A stretch of DNA of 56,925 nucleotides, counting the filler, from Sluysia triapertura (Eukaryota): NCBI GenBank assembly GCA_046118255.1. It is 4 parts of 4 records of this genome, joined end to end, with 100 filler letters (N's around TTAATTAATTAA, not from the genome) between each part and the next. Parts side by side here need not be neighbours in the genome. Positions count along the whole stretch, not along the records: positions 1 to 15,018 come from JBJNIA010241215.1; positions 15,119 to 30,387 come from JBJNIA010232899.1; 2 more parts are not named here. One strand, written 5' to 3'. The stretch's first letter is position 1. Every line of letters starts with the position of its first letter. Positions 13,777 through 25,821 of the stretch are shown one piece after another. A model generated the notes under the pieces. That model was given only the letters and a program-made list of their open reading frames with translations, made no database searches and had not been told where the DNA came from. Made by a program: the position numbers and the translations under genes.

Positions 13777-15018
13777 AGGATACATGAAGAAGTATGTAGT
13801 GATACATTTGAATACCATTTCCATTATTTCCACATGATGTTAAAGCTTATAATGATCGCATATGGAATCAAATGTGTTATGTACCGCATCGAAAGTCGAA
13901 TAAAATAATTTATGAAATGGGTTTTAACATAGATATAGAAGATGAAATGAAAGAATGTCCATATTTGACATGTCGTTCGACCAACAATACTACATTAGCT
14001 AATTTAGTCTTGAGTGATTTCAATTCCATATCCAATCTTGTGAAATCAACATCAAGCAAATCGTTTTTAAAAGAAACTCTAACGAATGTCATCAGTTATA
14101 TGCGTGATATTATATATTTTTTGTTTTCGAATATAAAATTAAGTTTTGTTGGTTTGGTTTTAAAATTTTTTTAAGGCTATTTTATTAACTTGTTCATCAG
14201 TTGTTGAAAAGTTTAATATTTTGTTAATTAGTATTTAATTAATTAATATTTTGTTAATTGAAAGCCTAAATATAATTATGTTTCATAGTTTTATTATAAA
14301 ATTCAACATTTTTAATGATAAAAATAAAAAGCCCTACGAAGAGAGTATAACACATTAATCATATTACGCGTAGGTTGTCGTTATTATTATTCTTATTAAA
14401 TATTACTAGTAAAGTGTGGAGGGCGTTACAATTTTGCTAATTTTTTTAACTTTAATTTTTATGTTATTTTTACTTATAAAAATATTTAACTTTAAGACAA
14501 ATCTAATTACAATGAAATAATTAAATAATTCTAACTTAAAATTTAACAAAAAGGGCTTAAGGCCCAAAACAATTATAAACAAATAAATAAACAAAACAAG
14601 TAAGGAGTCCACGAGATTTATTAACGACAAATTTACGTATAATTCTAATAAATATAAAATTTTCAATGTTAACAGGATGAACAAAAAAATATTAACGTCT
14701 TTAACATTTAACATATTACAGAAAGTACTATTGATGAGCAGAAATATAAATTTTATTATAGTATATCTTATTAGACAGAAGTAAGTAATAGATTTCCAAA
14801 TTTCTATAGCAATTATCATAGATACTGTAATTATTAAAAATAAAAATAAGCTCAATTTTAGATTCGTTTTCATATTAAATAATAGAGACGCTAAGTATAA
14901 TAAAATTGTCGTTACTATAGTAACTATACTTTCAAACATAAATATTTTCTTGGTGAAATAAATATTTGTTTCTTGTATATGATCGAAAGTACGAGTTTGA
15001 TAATGCCATTCTATTTCT

Positions 15019-15118
15019 NNNNNNNNNNNNNNNNNNNNNNNNNNNNNNNNNNNNNNNNNNNNTTAATTAATTAANNNNNNNNNNNNNNNNNNNNNNNNNN
15101 NNNNNNNNNNNNNNNNNN
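15019..15118. other. Assembly gap with artificial TTAATTAATTAA linker
   Basis: N-run with a central six-frame-stop linker; the same structure occurs at 30388 and 45075. Confidence 0.95.
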
Positions 15119-15449
15119 TTTATTTTAAAAATAGTTTACTTAGCTACTTTACTTAAATAGTAGCTGGAAAAATTTACTAAAATAATTTTTCGTATATTTT
15201 ATAGATGCAATCTTAAATATTGCGAAAACTTATGTAAATTAAACTAACTATGCAATAAACAAAATGGATGAAGATCTCGATTCTTTGCAATTTCAGATGA
15301 ATAATTTCGTCGAAGAATTGATTAGGTTGATTTCAACGTTTTTTACCAAGACGTATTAAAGATTTATAAAATGTTATTAAAAATCTTTTGTGTAAGTTTA
15401 CTAGAACCTTTGTTTTATATATTACAAATATGACCTTGAAGGTCAAAAT

Positions 15450-16350
15450 TTAAACAAAATTTTATTAAAAGGTTTCTTTCAAAAAATTATAAAACTACAT
15501 ATACCTTCAAAATATACAATATGCATTTTCAAAAATTCATTATATAACCCTATACATTATACATTTTATAAAACCCTATGTTAACATAATCAAAATCATA
15601 TGTTTCAATATAACACTTATCCTCAAAATATACAACTCACATGTTTAAATTCATAATTCAATATAAATATAACTAAAATTATATCTTTTTCAACGCCGCA
15701 CCACAACCTCGCAGAATTCGTTAAACAGTTCCTACATCTTATTACTTTTCAGATCCCCCAAAATCAACTCTCATTTTTCAAAACATTTAAATCTACAATC
15801 TCATAACATACAAACCATAATGACATTAAAACAATTCATCAAATATATTTTATTCCTCATTTCATAACAATCCGACCACAACCAGATTCGAAATCAACTA
15901 CCAGATACCTTCAAATCAATTCAAATATTCTAAATTTATCATTTAATCCCTAACAGCACAGAAAGACAATATTACTTAAACATATCAAGAAAATAAATTA
16001 TATTTTTAACATTGTATGATCATCTTTCGAACATACCAAAAGCTAGACTATAACTTATCTCCTTTTCGTACACCAAACTATACTCTTTTCAACGCATTTT
16101 TAAGTCACAATCCTAACATTATTTTCATTCTAAACACCAGTGTACATTTATAATCCATTTCAAACATCTATGTTACTTCAAAATACTCAAGCTCATCTTT
16201 AGTTAAAAACATTAATTAGCATCTAAAAATTCATCGTAAACTTTCTACACATTATCTTACAGCATTATAACCATAATCAAGCAAACATTTAAAACTAATT
16301 CAAACCATTTTTCATTTAAAGATATCTAGTTCTGCATAAATTTAAATATG
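15450..16350 (+). repeat. A/C-rich dispersed repeat, copy 2 (unknown family, possibly decayed coding sequence)
   Basis: HNNPTTTRFEINY here versus HNNPTTNTFEIIY at ~20.8 kb (-), with mostly third-position differences. Preceded by the palindrome TGACCTTGAAGGTCA (15431-15445). Confidence 0.55.
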
Positions 16351-16407
16351 TTCAGAAATTAAAAAAATAAAGACAGATCTTGAATTATAGAAAGAATTTA
16401 TGCAGTT

Positions 16408-16409
<2 letters not shown>

Positions 16410-16473
<64 letters not shown>
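16410..16473. repeat. (AAT)n microsatellite
   Basis: Pure AAT run. Confidence 0.95.
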
Positions 16474-16478
<5 letters not shown>

Positions 16479-16620
16479 GCCCTATTATTATTATTATCAC
16501 TGTTATTTCTTATTATTTTCAAATTTTAAATGTGTTAAGAAATTGAAGATGCAATTTAAATTTTTAAATTTAAAATTTAAATTCAAGTTAAATTTTTAAG
16601 AGTTTATGTGGTTTAATTGC

Positions 16621-16656
<36 letters not shown>

Positions 16657-17885
16657 CATTTTTAATTTTTAAAAAATTTTATCTGCTCACTAAACCAATA
16701 ATTACCACTATCAATGTTGACATTTTGGTCACTATGTACAAATTCTCATCAACATTGATAGTGGCTTTAACTGTCAATCAAATTGTTTTTGGCGATTATT
16801 ACTGGTTGTCCAACCCAAGTGATTCTGCTTATTATTTTTATATCTCTGGTTGGACAACCAATCCAGACAAAGTAAAAAAAATACTATTCACTGTAAAATT
16901 TGTTATTAGTGTTAGCAAAAACTTTTATGTGAAAATAAAATAAGAAAAGAATTTGCAAAAAAATTATTGCTAAAAAAATTTTCAAGATAAAATTAAAGAA
17001 ATGACTGCAAATTTTCAATGTGAACTTATTAGTGAAGATATATTAATTTTAAATGATAATGAGATAAATACATTTGAAATATAGCTATTAAATTCAATTT
17101 CCGAATACGATCGTGTCATTAATCATAAAGCTGTTGATAGAAATAATTTAAAGTATATATTTCCTTTACAAACAATTAAATAAGGTTATCATCATGTCAG
17201 TACTAAACATAACAGTAGTTTTACTTGCATTAAACGACAGACTAATGTAATTGTAAAAAAATGAAACAGAATGTAAAACTAAAGACTTCAGATATGTTAT
17301 TGAGACACAGAACAATGCGATCGAAACCTACAGAATTAATGAATTTAAATACAATATCGAAGAAATAATTGACTGTTTCAAAACAGCATTTAAACCCCAT
17401 GAATATAAAATGGGAACAATTTGTGGGGTTGCTTACGCAAAACAAACATAGATTAGGTTTCAGTGGAAAAATAAACTGAATGGATTTGGTGAAGATAAAT
17501 CTTTCAGATTTGGAGTTGAAACTAATGATTATCATTCCCATGGCACTAACGTTACATTTTACGATAAATCATTATTCTCTTGCAAATTCAGATATGAGGT
17601 TTTAGCACAGTCAAATTTGTTTTTTATGATGATAGATGTTTTGGTAAACTACAATTGAATGTTGTAACAGATTCGTTAAATTTAGTTTACTTGTATTTGA
17701 GTAAGAGCTCCACTTACTCTTTCAAAGATCTTAATATTGATAATGAGTCTAAGAATGTGGAATCTATTATAATTAGTGATGATGCGTATAGTTTATCCTA
17801 AAGTACACATATTCAACCTCTAATTCTTGTCAACACTGTGGCAGATGTAAATAAGCCTATAATCGATACAAAACATTGCCAATCA

Positions 17886-18303
17886 ATGTCACATAATTAT
17901 GATATATCAAATAGTAAAGTGGATAACAAGAATCTTTCTCAAAGTTCTCACTACAAACCAAACGAAGATAATGCGAAACCAGCAAGTAATTATCCTAGTC
18001 TAATGCACCTTTATCATAATACAATCAAACGTATACCAATTTCTAATCGGCGTATTGGAATAGCATTGTGTCCTTATGGAAGCGATTTCAATGGTAATTG
18101 TGCAAAATCTGGAAGAAAGTGTCTACATGCTCACACTATTGGTCAAATGACGGATCTATATTTACATCAAGATAACTTGGACCATCTTTCCAGACTCACA
18201 AGTTTAATGCGATCGGTCAGCATTCCTGTTCAGTCGAATAATACCAACCTTAGTGACTTTACAAACCTTAATTTTATTTATTTTTATTGTAGTGATAACT
18301 TAA
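17886..18303 (+). CDS. Small single-CCCH zinc-finger protein, paralog (candidate intron 18253-18292)
   Basis: IALCPYGSDFNGNCAKSGRKCLHAH is C-x9-C-x6-C-x3-H. The downstream HLSRLTSLMRSVSI resembles HYDRINSLLSNLGI of the 9.6-10 kb copy. A 40-nt GT-AG candidate intron is followed by a micro-exon and stop. The start codon is uncertain (first ATG at 17886). Confidence 0.62.
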
Positions 18304-19477
18304 CTATTGATTTTACTTTAGGTAGGGAAGTAAGGACATCATAAAATAAAGAAGACGTTAGATATATTTGGAATAATGATAAATTATAAAATTTTATGTT
18401 AAATAAACTTTTAGTGTGTTTAATTTTCACATTTTTAATCTGAAAGTTTAGAATCAAAATTTGAATTTTAATGTTAAAGTAACTATTTTTAAAACCACAA
18501 ATAAAAGATTTATTGTAAATTGTGTATTAAATAAGATAATTTTACATATTACAAACGCCTTTCAACTACTACAGTTCCGTTGTGTGTTCATAAATGTATT
18601 TACAATTAAAATCAATTCAATAATTTGTGTGCACTTACAACAGTGTGTATTTACAACAGTGTATTTACAAAGATGCATAAGACTGAACATAAATTTTAGC
18701 AAATTTTGGAAAATTCCTTATTCCTGACGATATAGCGAACAGTACTTGTAGTTATTCTGAATAGAAGCTTTGTGCACTTTGTTTACCTTTTTCAACTTAA
18801 AGTACGCTTCTTTGAAATAAGTGTCAAAAATATTTATTGATAAAAAATAATCGATAGAAATATTTCTTATTGTTTTATTAAATTTTCAAAAACTCTAATT
18901 TCTTCTAATATTCTCGAAATGATATTGCTCGTATTAATTATAAATCAATACCAATACAAGAACTACACAAAGGCAATTGGATTAAGAAATAACAATTAAT
19001 TAGTAAATTATCCAATGAATGTCAAAAGGTATTTCAAATGAGCTTTTGAGACAAATTATTTTTCACTAAGTTATGTCATAAGTAATTCAACAAGAAATGT
19101 GTATTGTTATTTTAAAGAAAATTATAAAAATAATTTATCACGGCAATATTTAATATATCGTATTTTCAATGTTTGTGTTATAGCAAATAAATTTTTGTAC
19201 TACGTATGGTGACCAGACTTAATGCACAAAATTTTTACACTTCACAACTACATAACAACCAAACAACTTAAAATATTAAATTTTAACAACTTAAAATCGT
19301 TTTAGTTAAAATTCAAAAATCAGTTTAAAAAAGAATTTTCTATAAAAAAAATAAGTTCAACAATCTTTCTTACTCACTCTCACTTCTTCTTAACCTCCTA
19401 TCTATTTACCTTCTAACTTATATTTTTTAACTCCTGCTCCAATTCTCTTCCTACCACAAATTCAATAAACGAAATGC

Positions 19478-19735
19478 TCTACTCATAATATTGTAAGGCA
19501 GTTTCGAATCCAAACAAAAGATTACCAAATTATACAGACAAAATTGTTGAAGTCTCTAAAAGCAAAAAACTACATGAAATGCCGCATCACATATATTCCG
19601 TCCCCGATGATGCTTATAGGATTATGCTACAAGAACAAGAAAATCGATCTATCTTAGGCATTTGTGAATCAGTTGCCAGTAAAACTAAAGATGCTAAAAA
19701 GTTATTTAGTACCTTTCCTCAGTAGCTACATCAAT
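19478..19735 (+). pseudogene. Myosin II heavy chain motor-domain fragment
   Basis: NPNKRLPNYTDKIVEVSKSKKLHEMPHHIYSVPDDAYRIMLQEQENRSILGICESVASKTKDAKK matches NPYKxLPIY...GKKRHEMPPHIY...AYRxMLQDRExQSILxTGESGAGKTENTKK. The P-loop is destroyed and a frameshift follows. Confidence 0.92.
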
Positions 19736-20298
19736 GAGGAAAGAAAAAACAACGACTGTTGGATATGTGAATTCTGAGTTGAAAAAATAAAACAAATCTT
19801 ATGCAAATTAACAATATCTTTCTTAAAAACTTCAATTATTTAAATGGTACATTTATTTGTCTGAAAGAAATAGTTGCTAAACTTGATAGATATTCATACA
19901 ACCCAAAAGCAACAGAAACAACAGAAACATCTAATCTAACTCTAGATTTTGTACAAGTAAGATCATCCACATAGATTATCATAGTGCTTCGATTATGTTC
20001 ACCAAAATGTTAAAAATTAATAATAAAATATTTAAAATATCAAAATCAAAATATATAAAACAGTTATTTACAAAATTCAAATAATACACAATAAAATATT
20101 TAAAATATAATCAAATAATATAGGTTATAATGTCATTAAATGTAATTTGATGGTTTTACAAAGTCGATCACGACCATGACAATAATTTATAAATGTTTAC
20201 AATATGGAAGACTTGAATATATCTTGGAAATAATACAAAAACACAAATAATACAAATAATACAAAAACTTGGAAACTAAAACTGATATACCATTAAGG

Positions 20299-20455
20299 TA
20301 CAATACGTTTTACAGAATGCATATTAATAAGATATATAATAGTTTATATACCGTTATATACCAGAGAACGATAAATTACTAAAAGATTATGAAATATTTA
20401 AGAACAAGACAAAATTCTTTCTGCTTTAGAAATATTATAGTGAATGATTATTTTA
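20299..20455 (+). mobile_element. 3' end remnant of a CR1/L2-group LINE
   Basis: KLLKDYEIFKNKTKFFLL*KY resembles the L2/Crack ORF2 C-terminus; homologous to 42899-43075. Confidence 0.5.
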
Positions 20456-20529
20456 GCAATTTTATTCCCACAACATACAAAAATAATATTAATAATAATA
20501 ATAATAATAATATTAATAATTATAATTTT

Positions 20530-21000
20530 GGGGGTGTTATTGTACTGTGTTGTTGATGATTGTGCACAGATGAATAGTGAATTTGAAATGTTGTAATTGA
20601 TTCGAAAATGTGAAGTAGGTATATTATATGTTTCAAGTAGATTTGCTGGTGTTGTCGAATGGTATTAAATGCAATTGTGGTTTATGTATTATAATTTTGA
20701 TACTGTGATTTAGTTTAAGCAAATAAACTATTGAATAAATATTATTAAATATTAAGTATTAATTGTTAAAGTGTAGTGTAAGATGAAGGGTTCGAAAGTA
20801 TTGAATAAATTATTTCGAATGTGTTTGTTGTTGGATTATTGTGAATGTCGAGTACATGTTTTTGGTGGGTTAGTTAATGTAAATTGGTAATGTTGGGTTT
20901 AATTGTGATTTGAATGTTGTGGAATTGTAGATATGGATTAAATTTAAAAGGTATGTAAGAGATGAATATATGAGTATTAAAGTATGATGAAAGGAAAAAA
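20530..21000 (-). repeat. A/C-rich dispersed repeat, copy 3
   Basis: Visible nucleotide similarity to 15790-15920, in inverted orientation. Confidence 0.55.
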
Positions 21001-21739
21001 TATTAATTTTTTAATAAAACTTTAGTGGTTGTCAAGGTTGGCCACTACACTTAGTAACTTATATCCTGTTAAAGAGTTAGTCTTAAGAAGTTTATTTACT
21101 GACTTATTATTGGACATTATAGTAAAAGCGTCTCGAGATTTGTTTGTATCACATTCGTCATGAAGTTTCGGTAAAATTTGGTACAATTGTTCAACAACAT
21201 ATTTACCTCTATTATCCACTAAGACAATGTTATCAACATAGGTATATTAGCATAATGAAGACACTGAGAAAAGTTGCAAAGTGTACATGGCTTTCCTATT
21301 AGTAAGGGTTTGAGATAGATACAATGAATTAATAGTGAACGTCTAAGAATTTTCATCATATGATTCATTCTTAAGCAATAATGCTTGTTCGAGACCATAT
21401 CGTAATGCTTTTCTAGTGTTTCTCATATCTTCTTCGATTTCAGCTAAACATGTGGGACTCGTGATTCGGATAAACAGTAGCAAAATTAAGAAAAGTAATC
21501 TTAAAACAGACAGTAATTTTATCCAGAATATTGTATTTCTACTATGCGTTGAAATCAGCATTATATTGGCTGATCTGATTCAATTCAGGAAGAAACTGAT
21601 GTTACATCTCAATTATCTATATTATCGGATGAAGATTCGGATGTCTGGAACAACTTTTTTTGTAAACCAGAGCGTTTCCAAGTACTTTGTAGATTTTCAT
21701 GCATTAAAGTAACATAATCAGGAATTTCTAAGTACTGTG

Positions 21740-24300
21740 AAGTTGGTGGTATCCACTCTAAGTCAACTGGCATATTTTTATGTCAACCATACATTAAATA
21801 AAAAGGTGTGAAGTTAGTAGCAGGATGTACAGAACTACTGTAAGCAAACAAACATGGAGCAATGCATAAATCCCAATAGGTTTGTCTATCATTTACAAAC
21901 TATTGTAGCATGTTAGTTAAAGTTCTATTAAATCTCTCGACGAGACCGACAATTTGTGGTGCCTTTGCTTTAACATCTGTATTTTTCTTCTGCGACAAAC
22001 AGCATAGTCATTACACCATTTCTTTATATCTTCTTCTACACCATCCCAATAATATTTATCTTTTATTCTTGACAATGTTTTTCTATGGGAAAGGTGACCA
22101 CCTAATTGTCCATCGTGAAATTGAATGATAAGTGGAGTAACTAAGGATTTTGGAATTAAAGTCCTCCTTTCATCTTTAGAATTCTTAAATCTTAAAACTC
22201 CATCTCTTAATGTCAATTTCTCAGCTAACTTTGGATTAATATCTCCTTTAATGAGTTGCTCTAACGCAAGCGAAATTTCTTCACCGTCACGTTGATGTTT
22301 GATTATTTCTTTTGGATCTACAACCTTACCCGATATATTCATGATGTCTATAAATTTTATATTTCCTTGTTCGTCGACGTTTGTTAATCTCGACATACAG
22401 TCTGCACCGTTATTTAATGTACCGGGTTTATAGATTATATCAAGAATAAAATTCGGATAACCACCTATTTAATCAACTTACTTCGTCTCTATAATTATAC
22501 AATGAAGTTAATGGCTTATGGTCGATATATAAAAATACTTTTTGTCCTAATAAATAATGACGAAATAATTTACAGGCGTATAATTCATTTATGCTTGTTC
22601 AATCATCTACTTGAGTATGCTATTACTCCTTCTACGTTATCTCTGTCTTTTTGACCTAGTTTTGCGCCTACTATTGCGTCGGTTGTTAATGTCAGGAAAG
22701 AATAAAATTGGTGAAGTTGTTAACTTTTCTTTTAATTATTATTTGCTGTAGTTTGTGTATCTGTTCATTTAAATTCGACATCTTTTTTAATTAACATTCT
22801 TAACGGATATGCGAAATATCTAACAAATCTATGGTAATAATTGGCTAAACTCAAGAAACTTTGTACTTGTTTAACATTATTATGTTGCGAAAATTTAACT
22901 ACTTTCTCAATATTCCGCTGATTTAGCTTTATTCAATCCTTCGGTAAAAATTCTACTTGTTCTTCTGCCCATAGATATTTGGTAGATTTAACTTTTAACC
23001 CAGAAACTTGTTCTTAAAATATTTTCTGTTATATTATAGTATCATCAATATATACCATCACATTCTCACAACCTGAAAAAACGAAATTCATACAACTTTG
23101 GAATGTTGCTGGTGCTCCTGTTAAACCGAAGAGCATTTTTTGCATTCATATAATTCATCTCCACAAGTAAGTGCAGTTTTGTGTTTATCCTTTACTGCTA
23201 TTTCTATCTGCCAGTAACCACTCTGCAAATCTAATTTAGTAAAGAATCTTGCGTTTCCTAGCATTTCATCAATTCTTGATAACGGAGAAACATCTCTTCT
23301 AGTAGTTTAATTCAAATCTCTAAAATCTATACAAAATTGCATAGTATCATCTTTATTTTTCACTAATAGAACTGGAGAAGATAATGGGGAAAGCTTGGTC
23401 TTATTATACCTGCACTTTTCATAGTTTCTATTTGTTCCTTCATTTCCTTTTGATTGATAGTGGAATTCTGTAAGGTTTCTTTCGGATAACGTTTTATTCT
23501 GTCAATGATATTTCGTGTTTTATTATTACTGAATCTCCTATATCATATTTATTACGAGAAATAGCCTGAGAGTATTTTCTTATTACGGCATATAATTTTT
23601 TTATCTGTTTTCTCTTTAAATTAATTTTAATATCCTCGTAATTCTCATCAATATTTCTCTGTAATTTAATTGTGTTATTTTTATGTTTTCTTCAGTTACT
23701 ACACTGATATGAGATTCAACTTTATAGTTTACAACTCATCACTAATCTTCTTCAGTATAATTATGAATTCTTATTGGAATTCTTCCTTCGCAAATATTAC
23801 AAATAGAATCCGCTATTCCTATATTTAACTTTTCCTGATTAATTTCGATGCTATCAACATTATTGATCCTGTTAACAAACTATTTGTCCTTCTTGAATAA
23901 TATATTCTACCCAACTTAATAACCAAAACGGTTTATTTACAATAACATCGTTATCATCTCCTGTACGATTTGTATAATTGTCCATTAGTTTAGCCTTGTC
24001 AAAATCTAATATGACACCTTCAAGATGTGACAACACATCCATACCCAAAAACATGTCTTCTGGACAATTTCTCATAACTCTCAATTTTATTTCAAGCTTA
24101 TTTTGTCATAATTCATAAAATACTTTTATTACTCTTACTATTTTATCGCATCTCTTGTCTCACCTGCAAAATTGGAAACGTGGTCAGCTAGATTCTTAAG
24201 TTCTTAACTTGTTAGGAAAGCTCCGGTATCGATTATTGCTGAAATAATTCGACCATTAGTTCTAATTTTGACCACTTGGCGTTTCGCATGATAATAATTG
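21740..24300 (-). pseudogene. pol: pol (protease, reverse transcriptase, RNase H, integrase), disrupted
   Basis: Protease AIIDTGA (~24230); RT motifs SPVLLVKNKD, FCIDFRDLN, KLDLQSGYWQI, FGLTGAPATFQ and YIDD (23052-23041); ADCMSRL (~22400); integrase HDGQLGGH...WCNDYAVC, GLVERFNRTL and TPFYLMYG. Confidence 0.93.
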
Positions 24301-24399
24301 TTGTTTGCAAAAATCATATAAACTAAGTTCTTTAGGAACTGGATATAAATGATTTTTATCGTCTTTAGGTTCTTTATTTTCTTCAATATCACCTATGTT

Positions 24400-25821
24400 T
24401 CCTTCCTACTACAGAAAACATTTGAGAAGCGGTCAAAGCTATTACTTTAATAATAATATAAATTCCTATTAGACTAAAACAACTACCTAGTACTAAAAGA
24501 ACTACCCCAAAATTGTTTTAATGTATTTTGAGCAGCTTTCTTAAAATGATTCGATCCTAATAACAGTTCAAAATTCACTTGATCATCTTTTTCTACTATA
24601 ATTTTATCTACAATATCTGCTAAAACCTTAAATCGCTTAATTGGGAATAAAATTTCATACCATGAGGCTTTTATATCATCGTTAGTATATTCTACATTCA
24701 GATGCCATGAAATTGGAGCAGCACATGGGTTTTGGTTCTAAACATGTCTTTAATTTTCCGTAAGTCATAGGTAATTCATTGGTGCACTCTGATTCTTGTC
24801 ACATTTTCACTTCGATTTCTTACATTAGTCTGTCAAATACGACTTCTAAAGGTAAAAGTGGTGTAACTAGATTAGGATTAGTAATCGCAATTGCTAACTT
24901 AGTTCGTAAAATTTCTTTATTTAGTTGGCAATCTTTTATTATTATTGCTTGATAAACTTTTTCTGACATTAATCCTAAATGATAATAAAAGTCAATATTA
25001 TTGTTGAAGTATGTATTCAATCCCCTTTTCTGCTTGTGGAATTACATGTTCAGACAAATAAATACCTTGGTAATTAGTTTCCGTTACTTCCTTACCACAC
25101 CTAATGATTAAGTTTTTCTTTAATCTTTTTCTTTCTAAATTTTCTTATTTGTTTCTATTTGTTTCTTATTTAATTCCTCATTGGTAACTCATAATCATTT
25201 TGGAATACAAATCTTGATACAAGATTAAACTTAATTTGTTTTAGAAATATCAAAGAACACTGAAACTTATTTAATTCCTAGAGGAATATAGACTCTCCTG
25301 CGTCACAACTGGTTTGATATATTTTAAAAAATGAACGTGAAATCATATCAAAACTTTATTTGAAGGATTTTAAACTTATTACATATGTTTTTTGTGTGAC
25401 AACATTATTATTATTATTATTTTACCTTCGTATTCTATAGAACCTCATTCTGCAGTCCTTACATTATAAATTATTTTTTAATTATCGTTTATCTCATTAA
25501 TTAAACTTATATAACCATTTCAAATGCATTCCTACAATTACTGGGTGATATTTTAAAAGGTTTGAAAACACTTTATATATCTATAATTTACGAGTGACTA
25601 TGGTGTCCACAACTGATCGTTTTACCGTACATTCTCTTACTAGAGTTGTTATTAAATTACCTCCTTGATAAACATTTAATACTTTACTATTAGGTCTATT
25701 AGAAAATCCTCTGTGTCGAGCAGTGAAAATTCGCTACCTATTTGAGGTCTACTGGAATCAAATGCTTTAATTCCATTTGTCTTATACCAAACATAGCAAG
25801 TAAAATAATTACGAATAACAT
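24400..25821 (-). pseudogene. env: env: class III fusion glycoprotein-like (chuvirus G / herpesvirus gB-related), disrupted
   Basis: Hydrophobic signal MLFVIILLAMFG, then IKAFDSSRPQIGSEFSLLD, CGHHSHS (25611-25591), CQLNKEILRTKLAIAITNP, CTNELPMTYGKLKTCLEPK (~24786-24730) and a C-terminal hydrophobic segment (~24500-24430). These motifs occur in the same order in chuvirus-like glycoproteins (recalled from memory, not searched). Confidence 0.75.

Noticed and set aside
15063-15074. TTAATTAATTAA palindrome repeated three times in the window
   Set aside because: Always centred in N-runs; it is an assembly linker, not biology.
15865-15900. SDHNQI suggesting an APE endonuclease
   Set aside because: The homologous copy at 20.8 kb conserves a different frame (HNNPTT..FEI) and not SDH.
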